Shown in pieces: positions 1 through 10,168 of a DNA stretch of 64,000 nt; position 1 is the stretch's first letter, and every line of letters starts with the position of its first letter. Below the pieces are notes generated by a model. That model had not been told where the DNA came from, made no database searches, and saw only the letters and a program-made list of their open reading frames with translations. A program made the position numbers and the translations under genes. Origin of the DNA: a virus (lineage: Duplodnaviria > Caudoviricetes); IMG/VR virus record IMGVR_UViG_3300021255_003284, positions 32,001-96,000 of that record; one strand, written 5' to 3'.

Positions 1-2397
1 CCGTTCAAAATCGATTGTGGCACGAAGTACCCGCACATCTACGACGATCCGGAGGCGGTTTTTGAACGCAAGATAGCGGAGGCCATCGACAGCCATCCGT
101 ACGCGCTGAAAAACCACACGCGCGACGAGATCGACGCCGTCGTCTCAAAGGAGCTCGAGGTGTACAAGGCGACCGGGTCGATCGACTTCATGCTCATGCA
201 GACGTACCTGCGCGAGTGGGAAAAATCGCAGGGCATCCAGAGCGGGTATGGGCGCGGTTCGGTTTCGGGCAGTATGATCGCGTACCTGCTCGGCATTACG
301 CAAATGGACAGCATGAAATTCGGGCTTAACTTCTTCCGCTTCATGAATCCTTCCCGCGTGACGAACGCCGACATCGACACAGATTACGCCGGTCCGGACC
401 GAGACAGGGTCAAGCAGTTTTTGCTGCGCGACAAAATGAACCTCCCGTCGATCCGCTCGGCGGAGATCATTACATTTAATACGATCGCGCTCAAGGGCGC
501 GGTCCGTGATGTCTGCCGGGCTTTGTTCAAAGAGAGCGAAAAAGTCAACTATCTCGATCTGGCCGCGGAGATCAACGCGCTGGCCGAGACCGACGAGGAA
601 GCGGCGCGCAAGAAATGGCCCGACGTATTCGAGTACGTCGACATCATCAACGGCACGATCGTGTCCATCGGCACCCATCCCAGCGGTGTCCTCATATCGG
701 ACCTGCCGATCGACGAGACGATCGGGCTGTGCAGCGTTTCGACTTCCGACTACCCGGTCTCCATGATCAATATGAAGGAGCTCGACGATCAGTTCTATGT
801 CAAGCTCGACATCCTCGGTCTGGACAATCTGGCCGTCATCAACGATACATGCAAAATGCTTGGTATCGAGCGGCTTACGCCGGACAACGTCGACCTCGAA
901 GACATGGATGTCTGGAAAAGCATCCGCGACGACACGACGCTCATCTTCCAATGGGAATCTCAGAGCGCGAGCGTCTATCTGCGCCGCTTCATGTCGGACG
1001 AAACGCTCCGGATCGCAAAGGCGAGGACGCCGAATTTTTCGATGCTCAAGTGGATGTCGTTCGGGAACGGCCTGATCAGGCCGGCCTGCGCGAGCTTCCG
1101 CGACAGCGTCGCAAAGGGCGAGTTTTACGACAACGGGTTCGACGCGCTCAACGAGTTCCTCGCGCCTGAAGCGGGGCGCATCGCCATGCAGGAGACGATC
1201 ATGCGGTTCCTCGTGCGGTTCTGCGGTTATTCCGACGCCGAGTCAGACAACGTCCGGCGCGGCATCGCCAAGAAAAAAGGCACGGAAACGCTGCTTCCCG
1301 AGATCGAACGTAGATTCACGGAGCATTGCGGTGCGGAATTCGGCATGTCGCCCGAACAGTGTGAACGGATCATCAAACCATTCCTTCAGGTCATCCTCGA
1401 CGCGTCGTCGTACGCGTTTTCGTGGAACCATTCCGACTCCTATTCGGCCGTCGGGTACATTTGCGGGTATCTGAGGTACTATCATCCGCTCGAATTCCTC
1501 ACGGCTTCATTAAATACGTTCGGCGACGACTCGGACAAGACGGCGCAGATCACAAAATACGCCCAGAAAGTCGGTATCCGCATCACGATGCCAAAATTCG
1601 GGGTTTCCCGGAGCAAATACTTCTACGACGCCGACAAGCGCGTCATCGCAAAGGGCCTGTCCAGCGTCAAGTACATGTCCGAGGCGGTTTCCGAGGCGCT
1701 TTATGACCTTGGCCGCTCGAAAAAGTACGAAAGGTTCGTCGACCTGCTCGCCGACATCGACCGCGAGACGTCGATCAACACGCGCCAGCTCGATATCCTT
1801 ATCCGGATCGACTTTTTCTCGGATTTTGGCAACCAGCGTGAGCTTCTGGCCGTGACAGAGCTGTTCTACGACACGTTCAATCGTGGTCAGGCCAAAAAGA
1901 TCGCCAAATCGCGCATCGAGGGCACACCGCTGGAGGCGATCGTGCGCAAATACGCGGTCGGCGAGACAAAAACGGGCGGCATCGCGAAAAGCTACACGCT
2001 CCTGGACGTCACATCCATCCTGCGCGAGGCGGAAGACGCCGTCAAATCCAGCGGGATGTCCGATCTGCCAGACACGGTCAAGGTGCGCGCCTTCGCGGAC
2101 ATCATGGGCTACGCCGGATACGTGTCCGGCCGCGAGGAAGACCGCCGCAAGCTCTATGTGTCCGATATAAGGCCGCTCGTTCGCAAGAAAGACGGCAAAC
2201 AGTTCGGATATTCCATCGTGACGAAGTCGATCGGCAGCGGTGTCGACAGCCGCTTCACGGTTTTCAACCAATTATATAAGACCGACCCGATCAAAAAGGG
2301 TGACATCATCTGGTGCTCGTCATACGAACGGGAGGGCGCGTACTTCAAGCTCACCGGGTTCAGAAAAATCGGCTACGACGAGTGCCGCAGCGTATGA
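1..2397 (+). CDS. dnaE: DNA polymerase III alpha subunit (family C), 5' end outside the window
   Basis: Frame is open from position 1. Motifs GYGRGSVSGS, ADIDTD (PDIDxD), HPSGV, KLDILGL, IFQWES and YAFSWNHS; C-terminal OB-like region. Confidence 0.93.
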   Translation, partial: PFKIDCGTKYPHIYDDPEAVFERKIAEAIDSHPYALKNHTRDEIDAVVSKELEVYKATGSIDFMLMQTYLREWEKSQGIQSGYGRGSVSGSMIAYLLGITQMDSMKFGLNFFRFMNPSRVTNADIDTDYAGPDRDRVKQFLLRDKMNLPSIRSAEIITFNTIALKGAVRDVCRALFKESEKVNYLDLAAEINALAETDEEAARKKWPDVFEYVDIINGTIVSIGTHPSGVLISDLPIDETIGLCSVSTSDYPVSMINMKELDDQFYVKLDILGLDNLAVINDTCKMLGIERLTPDNVDLEDMDVWKSIRDDTTLIFQWESQSASVYLRRFMSDETLRIAKARTPNFSMLKWMSFGNGLIRPACASFRDSVAKGEFYDNGFDALNEFLAPEAGRIAMQETIMRFLVRFCGYSDAESDNVRRGIAKKKGTETLLPEIERRFTEHCGAEFGMSPEQCERIIKPFLQVILDASSYAFSWNHSDSYSAVGYICGYLRYYHPLEFLTASLNTFGDDSDKTAQITKYAQKVGIRITMPKFGVSRSKYFYDADKRVIAKGLSSVKYMSEAVSEALYDLGRSKKYERFVDLLADIDRETSINTRQLDILIRIDFFSDFGNQRELLAVTELFYDTFNRGQAKKIAKSRIEGTPLEAIVRKYAVGETKTGGIAKSYTLLDVTSILREAEDAVKSSGMSDLPDTVKVRAFADIMGYAGYVSGREEDRRKLYVSDIRPLVRKKDGKQFGYSIVTKSIGSGVDSRFTVFNQLYKTDPIKKGDIIWCSSYEREGAYFKLTGFRKIGYDECRSV

Positions 2398-2482
2398 TTT
2401 TCCATAAAACGCGCGTTTTTTGCGTATTTTTGTGAAAATATGGTGGTTTTTGACTCAGGTCATTTGAAAGGGGTGATCAGAT

Positions 2483-2941
2483 ATGACGCGCAGAGACAAG
2501 GTAGTCACGGGTCTCAAGGCCTGCCTTGGCAACGATACGATGTGTGCTGACGGCAACTGCCCGTATTACGGGATCGGCGACGAGTGTACCGAAGCGCTTC
2601 TCGGCGATACGACCGGCGAGCTGAACGAGGCCGTTTCAAACGGCGACGAAACGTTCATTAAGGCGATCAGAGAGGCGCTCAAATGCGGCGACCAGCACAT
2701 CATGCTCGACAGCTACGACAATCAGATCAGTCTGCACATCTTTCCGCAGTCTGACGACACGATCGTTTCGATCCGACCGCTCAGCGAGTGGCTGGCCGGG
2801 CTTTCCGAGCCGCCGGGCTACGCGCTCGACGAGATCAGCAATGGCGGCTACGCCTCAGAGGCGTGCCGAATGGCGAAGGCGTGGGAAAAAGCGATCAAAG
2901 ACGCGCTCGATTGCGGGCTTTTGGATGAGGAGGATTCATGA
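2483..2941 (+). CDS. hypothetical phage protein
   Basis: SD AAGGGGTGA upstream; ATGA overlap with the next gene; Cys-containing N-terminus resembles ORF 11548. Confidence 0.6.
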   Translation: MTRRDKVVTGLKACLGNDTMCADGNCPYYGIGDECTEALLGDTTGELNEAVSNGDETFIKAIREALKCGDQHIMLDSYDNQISLHIFPQSDDTIVSIRPLSEWLAGLSEPPGYALDEISNGGYASEACRMAKAWEKAIKDALDCGLLDEEDS

Positions 2942-3663
2942 GTTTTCAAGACGGTGAAACTTATCACGACAACGGAGCGTATTTCAGCATAGCGGACTGC
3001 GACTGCGTGCATAACGCCCGCGTTTACGGGCTTCGCGAAAGCATCAGGCGCGCGAAATTCCCCATGTCCGTCAAACCGGAAAAACTTGACTGTGAACTGA
3101 CCAAAGGGATCGAGATGCTGGCCAAGAGCCGCAGCGGCGAGGGCCACGACCAGTGGCTGACCGGCGTCGTCGTCCAGTTCGACCTGACGTTTTCCAATAA
3201 AGCGTGGGTCGAGGCCGAGCGCTACCATTTTCTCGACTTCGTTTCGTCCCAGTCGACGATGCACCGCATCGCGCGGTTCGATATCGACAAGGTGTACAAC
3301 GAATACGTGGACCCGCGCATCATTGACATCATGCGCCAGAAGGCCGACGCGTACAACGAAGCCTGTCAGGCTTCCGAGAACGCGCCTGAAGGTCAGGAGG
3401 AGGAGTATGAAGCGCTCAAAACGCGGCGCTATCTCGAACTGCTCTACTCAAATCCGGCCGGTTTTAAGATCACGGCGGGCATGACCACGAACTATCGCCA
3501 GCTCAAGACGATCTACGCCCAGCGTCACAATCACAGGCTGCCCGAATGGCGGGCTTTCTGCCGCTGGATCGAGACGCTGCCCAACGCCGACCTGATCACG
3601 CAGATCCCGCTGAAGGCGACGGTCGCCGTGCAAAACGGCGCGCCTATCCAGTTCGCGGTTTGA
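2938..3663 (+). CDS. divergent ThyX-like (flavin-dependent thymidylate synthase fold) protein
   Basis: GHDQWL..., ERYHFLDFVSSQSTMHR (variant of RHRx7-8S) and TNYRQLKTIYAQR..HRLPEW resemble ThyX blocks; nucleotide-metabolism context. Confidence 0.62.
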   Translation: MSFQDGETYHDNGAYFSIADCDCVHNARVYGLRESIRRAKFPMSVKPEKLDCELTKGIEMLAKSRSGEGHDQWLTGVVVQFDLTFSNKAWVEAERYHFLDFVSSQSTMHRIARFDIDKVYNEYVDPRIIDIMRQKADAYNEACQASENAPEGQEEEYEALKTRRYLELLYSNPAGFKITAGMTTNYRQLKTIYAQRHNHRLPEWRAFCRWIETLPNADLITQIPLKATVAVQNGAPIQFAV

Positions 3664-3702
3664 TATAAATGTAGCTTTTCGACCAACAACGGAGGTGATC
3701 GT

Positions 3703-4242
3703 TTGTTACTTATCCCGATTTCCGGCCACGCCGGACACGGCAAGGATGCGTTTGCGCATACGCTGCGTCACGCGCTGCAAAGGCGCGGCAAGCGCGTGCT
3801 CTTTACGCACTACGCCGACCTGCTCAAGTACATCTGCAGGACGTTTTTCGGCTGGGACGGCAAAAAGGACGAAGCCGGGCGCACGCTGCTCCAGCGTGTC
3901 GGCACCGATGTTATCCGGGCGCGTGATCCCGATTTCTGGGTCTCGTGGATATCGACAATATTGCAGTTTTTCCCGGACGCGTGGGATGTCGTCCTGATTC
4001 CGGACGCGCGGTTTCCCAATGAGATCGACGGCCTCAGGCAGGCCGGCCGCGTCGTACACATCCGCGTCGTGAGGCCGGGCTTTGCGTCCGCCCTGACGGA
4101 CGCCCAGATGGCGCATCCGTCCGAGACGGCGCTCGACGACGCGGCGGCGGACATAACGGTATTGAACGACGGCTCCCTTCTCGATCTCGACACAGTGGCA
4201 GAAAAAATTGCGGAGGATTTGATTGATGAGCGACATTATTGA
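3703..4242 (+). CDS. deoxynucleoside monophosphate kinase (T4 gp1-like)
   Basis: P-loop ISGHAGHGKD, R.LLQ.VGTD, DARFPNE, HPSE; SD GGAGGTGA before TTG. Confidence 0.78.
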   Translation: MLLIPISGHAGHGKDAFAHTLRHALQRRGKRVLFTHYADLLKYICRTFFGWDGKKDEAGRTLLQRVGTDVIRARDPDFWVSWISTILQFFPDAWDVVLIPDARFPNEIDGLRQAGRVVHIRVVRPGFASALTDAQMAHPSETALDDAAADITVLNDGSLLDLDTVAEKIAEDLIDERHY

Positions 4243-4870
4243 AACCGGAACCATTACCCTCGATGAAATCGAAAAGCTGCTCGTTTCGCACGGCGCATCG
4301 ATCGACGGGCTTTTCTACCTGCGAGACATTCGCCAGCGCAAGCTCTACCTGACCGACGTGGTCGACCAGATCACCGTCGACGATCTCGTATCGAACATCA
4401 TCCAGTATAACCGCGACGACAAGGGTCTCGACCCGTCGGAGCGGGTGCCCATCATGCTGTACATCTCGTCGCCCGGCGGCGAGGTCGACGCGGGGTTCGA
4501 GCTGATCGACGCGATCGCGGCGAGCAAGACGCCCGTCTATACGGTCAACCTCGGCGTCTGGTACTCCATGGCTTTCATGATCGGCGTGGCTGGGCACAAG
4601 CGCTTCGCGATGCCCAATTCCAAATTCCTTATTCACGACGGTTCCGGCTACGTCGCCAATTCCGGCTCAAAAATGCGAGACCAGATCGACTTCCAGACGC
4701 GCGTCGAATCCCGCATCCGGGATTTCATCGTCAACAAGACCTTCGTCACCGGCGAGGAATATGATTCCAAGCTGCGCGTCGAGTGGTATCTCTTCGCCGA
4801 CGAGGCCAAGCTCAAGGGCATGGTCGATCACATCATCGGCATCGACTGCGACATCGACGAGGTGGTCTGA
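4226..4870 (+). CDS. clpP: ClpP-family serine protease
   Basis: PIMLYISSPGGEVDAG, YSMA (catalytic Ser), FLIHDG (His), ADEAK..G.VD. Confidence 0.85.
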   Translation: MSDIIETGTITLDEIEKLLVSHGASIDGLFYLRDIRQRKLYLTDVVDQITVDDLVSNIIQYNRDDKGLDPSERVPIMLYISSPGGEVDAGFELIDAIAASKTPVYTVNLGVWYSMAFMIGVAGHKRFAMPNSKFLIHDGSGYVANSGSKMRDQIDFQTRVESRIRDFIVNKTFVTGEEYDSKLRVEWYLFADEAKLKGMVDHIIGIDCDIDEVV

Positions 4871-5709
4871 TGGCCGACACTGAATACACGGGCTTTCACG
4901 AGGTATCTCTGACGGCCGACGAGGTCGCCGGGCTGTTTGCCGGGATCGAGTGCGACAAGACGGCGCAGTGCCTCGACAACGAGTATCTCGTCGTCAACGA
5001 CGCGGACACGGGCGATCTGGTGTGCCTGTATAAGCGCAAGGACGGGAAGCTCGTCAAGGTACCGTATAAGGCGATCTCGTCGCGGTTTCTCGACAAGATC
5101 AAGCCGCGCAACATCCAGCAGCAGATGGCCATCGACATGCTCTACGACCCAGACACGACCATCAAGATCATCACAGGTAAATTCGGAACGGGTAAAGACA
5201 TCCTCATGAGCTCTGCGGCCGTCGATCTGATCGAGCACAACAAATACGATCGGATCGTCTATGTCCGCAACAACATCGAGGTCAGAGATTCAAAACCCAT
5301 CGGGTTCCTGCCCGGCGGGTACATCGAGAAGCTCCTGCCATTCGCCATGCCGCTGGCCGACCATCTCGGCGGCGTGGATGGGCTCAATCTTATGATGACA
5401 CAGGGGCGCGTCGAGGTCGTTCACCTCGGATTCATCCGTGGGCGCGACATCAAAAACGCGATCATCCTCTGCTCCGAGGCTGAGAATATGACGCGCGAGC
5501 ACATCCAGCTGCTCATCGGCCGCGTGGGCGAGGGGTCGTCTCTGTGGATCAATGGCGACTTCCGTCAGCGCGACGCGGCGGTGTTCGACCGCAATAACGG
5601 ACTTCTGACCGCAATAGACAGGCTTAAAGGCCATCCGCGGTTCGGCTACGTCAAGCTGATCAAGACAGAACGCAGTGAAACGGCCGCGATGGCCGACCTG
5701 CTCGACTAA
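4870..5709 (+). CDS. phoH: PhoH-family ATPase
   Basis: PRNIQQ, Walker A GKFGTGK, IGFLPG, FIRGR, SEAEN, R.GEGS..GD..Q.D, ERS; starts at ATG overlapping the clpP stop. Confidence 0.87.
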   Translation: MADTEYTGFHEVSLTADEVAGLFAGIECDKTAQCLDNEYLVVNDADTGDLVCLYKRKDGKLVKVPYKAISSRFLDKIKPRNIQQQMAIDMLYDPDTTIKIITGKFGTGKDILMSSAAVDLIEHNKYDRIVYVRNNIEVRDSKPIGFLPGGYIEKLLPFAMPLADHLGGVDGLNLMMTQGRVEVVHLGFIRGRDIKNAIILCSEAENMTREHIQLLIGRVGEGSSLWINGDFRQRDAAVFDRNNGLLTAIDRLKGHPRFGYVKLIKTERSETAAMADLLD

Positions 5710-5726
5710 CGAAAGGGGTAATCATT

Positions 5727-5939
5727 ATGGAAGGGATCGGTACGATCACACTCTATTCGACCGGCTGCCCGAAATGCCTCGTCCTCAAGCGCAAGCTTGA
5801 GGACCGGGGCCTCCCGTACACCGAGGTCACGGACGTCCAGGCCATGCTCGATCTCGGTATAACCGAGGTGCCGATCATGCGCGTGGGCGACAAGCTGATG
5901 TCGTTCGGTGAGGCGGCCGTCTGGGTCAACACATTCTAA
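5727..5939 (+). CDS. nrdH: glutaredoxin/NrdH-like redoxin
   Basis: 70 aa, LYSTGCPKC, VP motif; directly upstream of nrdD. Confidence 0.82.
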   Translation: MEGIGTITLYSTGCPKCLVLKRKLEDRGLPYTEVTDVQAMLDLGITEVPIMRVGDKLMSFGEAAVWVNTF

Positions 5940-5952
5940 AGAGGGGGTATAT

Positions 5953-6623
5953 ATGCAAATCCAGTTGAAACTGTCCAAGGACTTCGAGTCGTGCCTCGGC
6001 GATCTGAAAAAGAAATACGGTGAGGCTTTTGAGTACATCAACGGCCTGCATGACTCACAGCTTGACTTTTCAGAGTTCATCGATAACTTTGTCGCCAAGT
6101 CGACATTGGCGGATTCGTCCATAGATCCGAACGCGAACGCCAACCACAAGGACATCCGGTCGTTTATGACCGAAAAGGGCAAGAGCGAAGACAAGTTGTT
6201 CGGGCTGAACAAGATATTCAATACGATCAAGAAGCAGTGGGGTCTGCGTACGGCGCGCGAGTGGCTCGAACAGGAATACAGTCGCGGTTTCTACCTCAAT
6301 GACAGCGCAACGTCGTCATACTTCCCATATTGCTTCGCTGTCGATCTGTCCCGTCTGGCTACTGAGGGACTTTTCTTCCTCGATAAATACAATAACGAGC
6401 CGCCCAGGCATCTGACGACATTCCTTGACGACGTGATTGAGTTCGTGTCGTTCTTATCAAACCGCCAAAGCGGAGCCTGCGGGCTGCCGAATATCATCGT
6501 ATGGTCGTGGTATTTCTGGAAAAAGGACTGCGAAGACGGTTACTTCATGAAAGACCATGAATACTATCTTCGCCAGCAGTTCCAGAAGCTGCTGTTCCGA
6601 CTGAATCAGCCGTTTTTGAGGAT
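5953..6623 (+). CDS. nrdD: anaerobic (class III) ribonucleotide reductase, exon 1
   Basis: IDPNAN, YLND...PYC, QSGACG, LNQPFLR; joins in frame to 7599 to give NQPFLRIDQSAFTN. Confidence 0.88.
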
Positions 6624-7598
6624 TAAAACACATATTGGTCCCTGTTATGCAAAAGCGTAACAGCAAACGCATCGAATTGCTGGAACGCCCTTAGAGCTTC
6701 CTGGCTACAACGCACGGATGAAACACGCCGATACGTGAATGCTTGAAAACGTGGAAGATTGGGTAATCAGCAGCCAAGCCCCGACGAGGGGAAGGTTCAA
6801 CGACCATCCGGTAGCGGAGTAGGGGCAAGCGCCCCGAAGCGGTGCGCGCCGTATTACGGCGATGATATGGTCTGGACTGCCGCGAAAACGGCAGAAACCA
6901 CATTTGTGGACAGCGTGCGCTAAATAAAATGATGAAGGAGGTGATTTATTGAAGAAGCCATGCGAATTGGACGGCAAAAGATTCGGTAAGCTTACCGCAG
7001 TCAAACGCGTTTCAGATAAAATCTATCCAAGCGGAAGACATGACATCGTTTATCAATGCCTGTGTGATTGTGGTCAGTATACTGACGTGCTTGCCGTTCA
7101 TCTCAATAGTGGTCATACGCGGTCATGCGGGTGCCTTAGAGCGGAAACTACTTCGAAAAACATGACTACACACGGTCAAAGCAGTACGAGGCTTTTTACC
7201 ATATGGAAAAACATGAAGTCGAGATGCACAAATCCAAATAATCCGTGTTTTAATCAATATGGCGGGCGTGGCATAACTGTGTGTGATGCGTGGATTGAAG
7301 ACTTCGCCGTTTTCTACGATTGGTCGATTAAGCACGGTTACAATGACGATCTCTCTATAGATAGAGTAAACGTTAATGGCGATTATGATCCTGATAATTG
7401 CAGGTGGGTCAGCCAGAAAACTCAGTGCAACAACACGCGCAGAAATATAATGATTGAGCATGACGGCGAGCTCCGTACGGCTAAACAGTGGTCTGACGAA
7501 CTTGGCATTAAATATGGGACTCTGATATCGAGGATACGCAGAGGGTGGGATGTTGATAGGGCGTTATCGGTATGAGCGGGCGCACGCTGAACTTAACG
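6624..7598 (+). mobile_element. group I self-splicing intron in nrdD
   Basis: Core elements P GAATTGCTGGAA (6674), Q AATCAGCAG (6765), R GTTCAACGACCAT (6795), S GATATGGTC (6864); P7 GACCAT/ATGGTC; exon ends in U6623 paired with G6638 in P1; terminal G7598; removal restores the frame. Confidence 0.92.
6949..7575 (+). CDS. intron-encoded HNH-type homing endonuclease
   Basis: GKRFGKL, CLCDCG, SCGC, YGGRGITVC, SIDRVNVNGDYDPDNCRW; own SD GGAGGTGA; lower GC. Confidence 0.85.
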   Translation: MKKPCELDGKRFGKLTAVKRVSDKIYPSGRHDIVYQCLCDCGQYTDVLAVHLNSGHTRSCGCLRAETTSKNMTTHGQSSTRLFTIWKNMKSRCTNPNNPCFNQYGGRGITVCDAWIEDFAVFYDWSIKHGYNDDLSIDRVNVNGDYDPDNCRWVSQKTQCNNTRRNIMIEHDGELRTAKQWSDELGIKYGTLISRIRRGWDVDRALSV

Positions 7599-9681
7599 CG
7601 ATCAGTCAGCATTTACAAATGTTTCCATTTTCGATCATCCCTACCTCGAAGCGCTCTTCGGCGGCGTCGTCTTCCCGGACGGCACGATGGCCATCGACCA
7701 CATCGACGACATCATCGAGTGCGAGAAGGTTTTCATGGACGTCGTCAGTGAGACCAGAGAGATCAACATGTTCACGTACCCGGTGTTAACATTCTCTTTA
7801 CTTTACAAGGACGGCCAGTTCATCGATGAGGAATTTGCCCGCTACGCTTCATCTCACAATATGAAGTGGTCAGATTCCAACTTCTTTGTCAGCGACAATG
7901 TCGGCGTCCTTTCCAACTGCCCCGTATCCGGCGATACAAACGTCGTCTATTGGGACGCGGCTGAGGGGAAATTCGACATCGCGACGATGCGCACGCTCTA
8001 TGGCATGAAGTGCGACAACCCGCTTTTCAAGATCCACGTCCTCAACCACGGCGATGTCGTCGAATGCAACATCAATAAGTACAGCGTCCCGATCGAGTAT
8101 GAGATCGAGCTCGCCAACGGCGTCAGGGTCAAGACGACAGCCAACCATCTCAATCGTATTTATGATGGCGACGATACGCGGACCGACATGCTTTCTCTCG
8201 ACGACTATCTGCCGTTCAGCGCCGTACCGTATACCGCGCCTGGCAGCGATTACGAGAGCGGCGTCAACCTTGAGTTCAAAGACGGCAAGGCTTTTGGCGT
8301 CAATACCGGGCTCAATTACCAGTACTACGATGGCGTCGATCTGCGTACGCTCAACCACAGTCCGCAATTCAGGCGCGGCGCGCTCGAAGGGCTCGCGCTG
8401 GCAACGAGCGGCAAGCGCAACGAGATCGTTACGACGTCCACCTTCCTGCGCGATTCCGTCACGACGCTTATCGCGTCGATCGGCTTCCTGCCGATGGTAG
8501 GGGCTGAATCGGTCGGCATGGTCGCTGACTCGGCCGAGCCGGTGACTCGATATCACATTTCGTGGCGCAAGCCGTCCAGAGAAAACTATGAGGAAGGCGT
8601 CTACTTCTGTGAAGGCGACTCGTTCTGGGTGCGCATCAAATCGATCCGCAAACTCAACGGCGACGACAAGCAAAGCTACTGTCTGAGCGTCATCGACAGA
8701 GACGCCGACCCGGTCTTCATGCTGGCCAACGGCCTGCACACGCATAATTGCCGGCTTCTGAGCGACACGACGAAACTCGACGCGTTCATCAACTCCATCG
8801 GCGGCACGGCGCTGTCGGTCGGATCGTGCCGTGTCAGTACGATCAACCTTGTCCGCATCGCGTACGAAAGCGGTCTGGACAAAGAAAAGTATATCCAGAT
8901 CCTGAAGGATCGCGTCCTGCTCGACTGCAAAGCTCTGACCTCGATGCGCCACATCATCAAGCGCAACATCGAAAAAGGGCTGCTCCCGAACTTCCAGGAC
9001 GGCGCGCTCGAGCTTGATAAAATGTTTTGTACAATAGGCGGTATTGGCTTGTACGAGGTGATCGACATGTTCGGCCTCATCGAGACCGACGAGCTCGGCT
9101 GCAAATCCTATTCCGACGACGGTGTGGCTTTTGCCACAAGGATCATCGACACGATCAATGAAATCAAGGATGGCTTTGAGTGCGACTACTCACTGAACCT
9201 TGAGTTCATACCGGCCGAAAATTGTGCCGGCGTCCTTTGCACGGCCGACAACCTCCTTTACGAACAGGACAAGTATTTCATCTATTCAAACCAGTGGATC
9301 CCGCTGATGGGAAAGTGCACGATTCAGGAAAAGTGCCGCCTTGGCTCTCTGTTTGACGCCAAGTGCGGAGGCGGCTGCATCGCGCATATCGACATCGAAA
9401 ACCGCTTCCCGACCGAGGAAGCGGCATGGGACATGCTCAACTATGTGGCGTCTCATGGCGTGATCTACTTCGCGTTCACAACCAAGATCAGCGTGTGCAA
9501 AAACCGCCACGCGTTCATATCCGAGCAGCGCTGTCCGATCTGCGGCGAGCCGATCGCCGACACGTACGCTCGCGTCGTGGGATTTTACACCCCCACATCA
9601 AGCTACCAGAAGATCCGCAAGCGCGAGTTTGACAAGCGCCGATGGATGAATGTACTCACAAACGACGGAGTGATGCAGTGA
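7599..9681 (+). CDS. nrdD: anaerobic ribonucleotide reductase, exon 2 (contains an intein)
   Basis: QSAFTNVSIFD, FTYPV, SNC/CRL finger loop, TINL, PAEN, CPICG, glycyl-radical motif YARVVGFY. Confidence 0.92.
7921..8748 (+). mobile_element. intein (about 276 aa) with a degenerate LAGLIDADG remnant
   Basis: Block A (C)PVSGDTNV, block B TTANH, block F SYCLSV, block G GLHTHN followed by Cys+1; remnants SPQFRRGALEGL and TTS..L...V..LIASIG. Confidence 0.88.
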
Positions 9682-10157
9682 AAGTTAAAGGCGTCCTTGA
9701 CGAGGACTTCGTAAATTTCAAACTTCCGTCCATGTTCATATCGACGTGTTACTGCTCCTTCAAATGCGAAAAAGAAAGCGGGGTGCGCTGTTGTCAAAAC
9801 AGCGCCCTCGCCAACCAGCGTGAAAAGAACCTCAGCGACACGTTCATCATCGATCGGTACCTGAAAAATCCGATCACGAAAGCCATTATATTCGGCGGCC
9901 TCGAACCGTTCAACCAGTTCGATGAGATGTTCTCATTCATCCAGACACTCAGGATCAAGTACGCCTGCGATGATCCGGTCGTCATCTACACCGGGTTCAG
10001 GCCGGACGAAATACCGGCCGAGATCCTCGCACTCAAACATTACAAAAACATCATCGTAAAGTTCGGGCGGTATGTCCCGGACGATCAGCCCCATCTGGAC
10101 GAAGTGCTCGGCGTACGGCTCTCGTCGTCGAATCAATACGCTGAACAGATCAGCTAA
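9678..10157 (+). CDS. nrdG: anaerobic RNR activating enzyme (radical SAM)
   Basis: DFVNFK.PSM, Cys cluster CYCSFKC..CCQN, GGLEP, IYTG, KFGRY, SSNQ; GTG overlaps the nrdD stop. Confidence 0.85.
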   Translation: MKVKGVLDEDFVNFKLPSMFISTCYCSFKCEKESGVRCCQNSALANQREKNLSDTFIIDRYLKNPITKAIIFGGLEPFNQFDEMFSFIQTLRIKYACDDPVVIYTGFRPDEIPAEILALKHYKNIIVKFGRYVPDDQPHLDEVLGVRLSSSNQYAEQIS

Positions 10158-10168
10158 AGGAGTTAAAT

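Noticed and set aside
2398-2470. AT-rich gap with palindrome AAAACGCGCGTTTT, loosely similar to 62320-62337, as a shared operator or origin
   Set aside because: Only two weakly similar copies; not enough to support a call.
5908-7789. nrdD as a broken pseudogene or a case of stop-codon recoding
   Set aside because: The interruption is fully explained by a group I intron; other genes read normally in the standard code.
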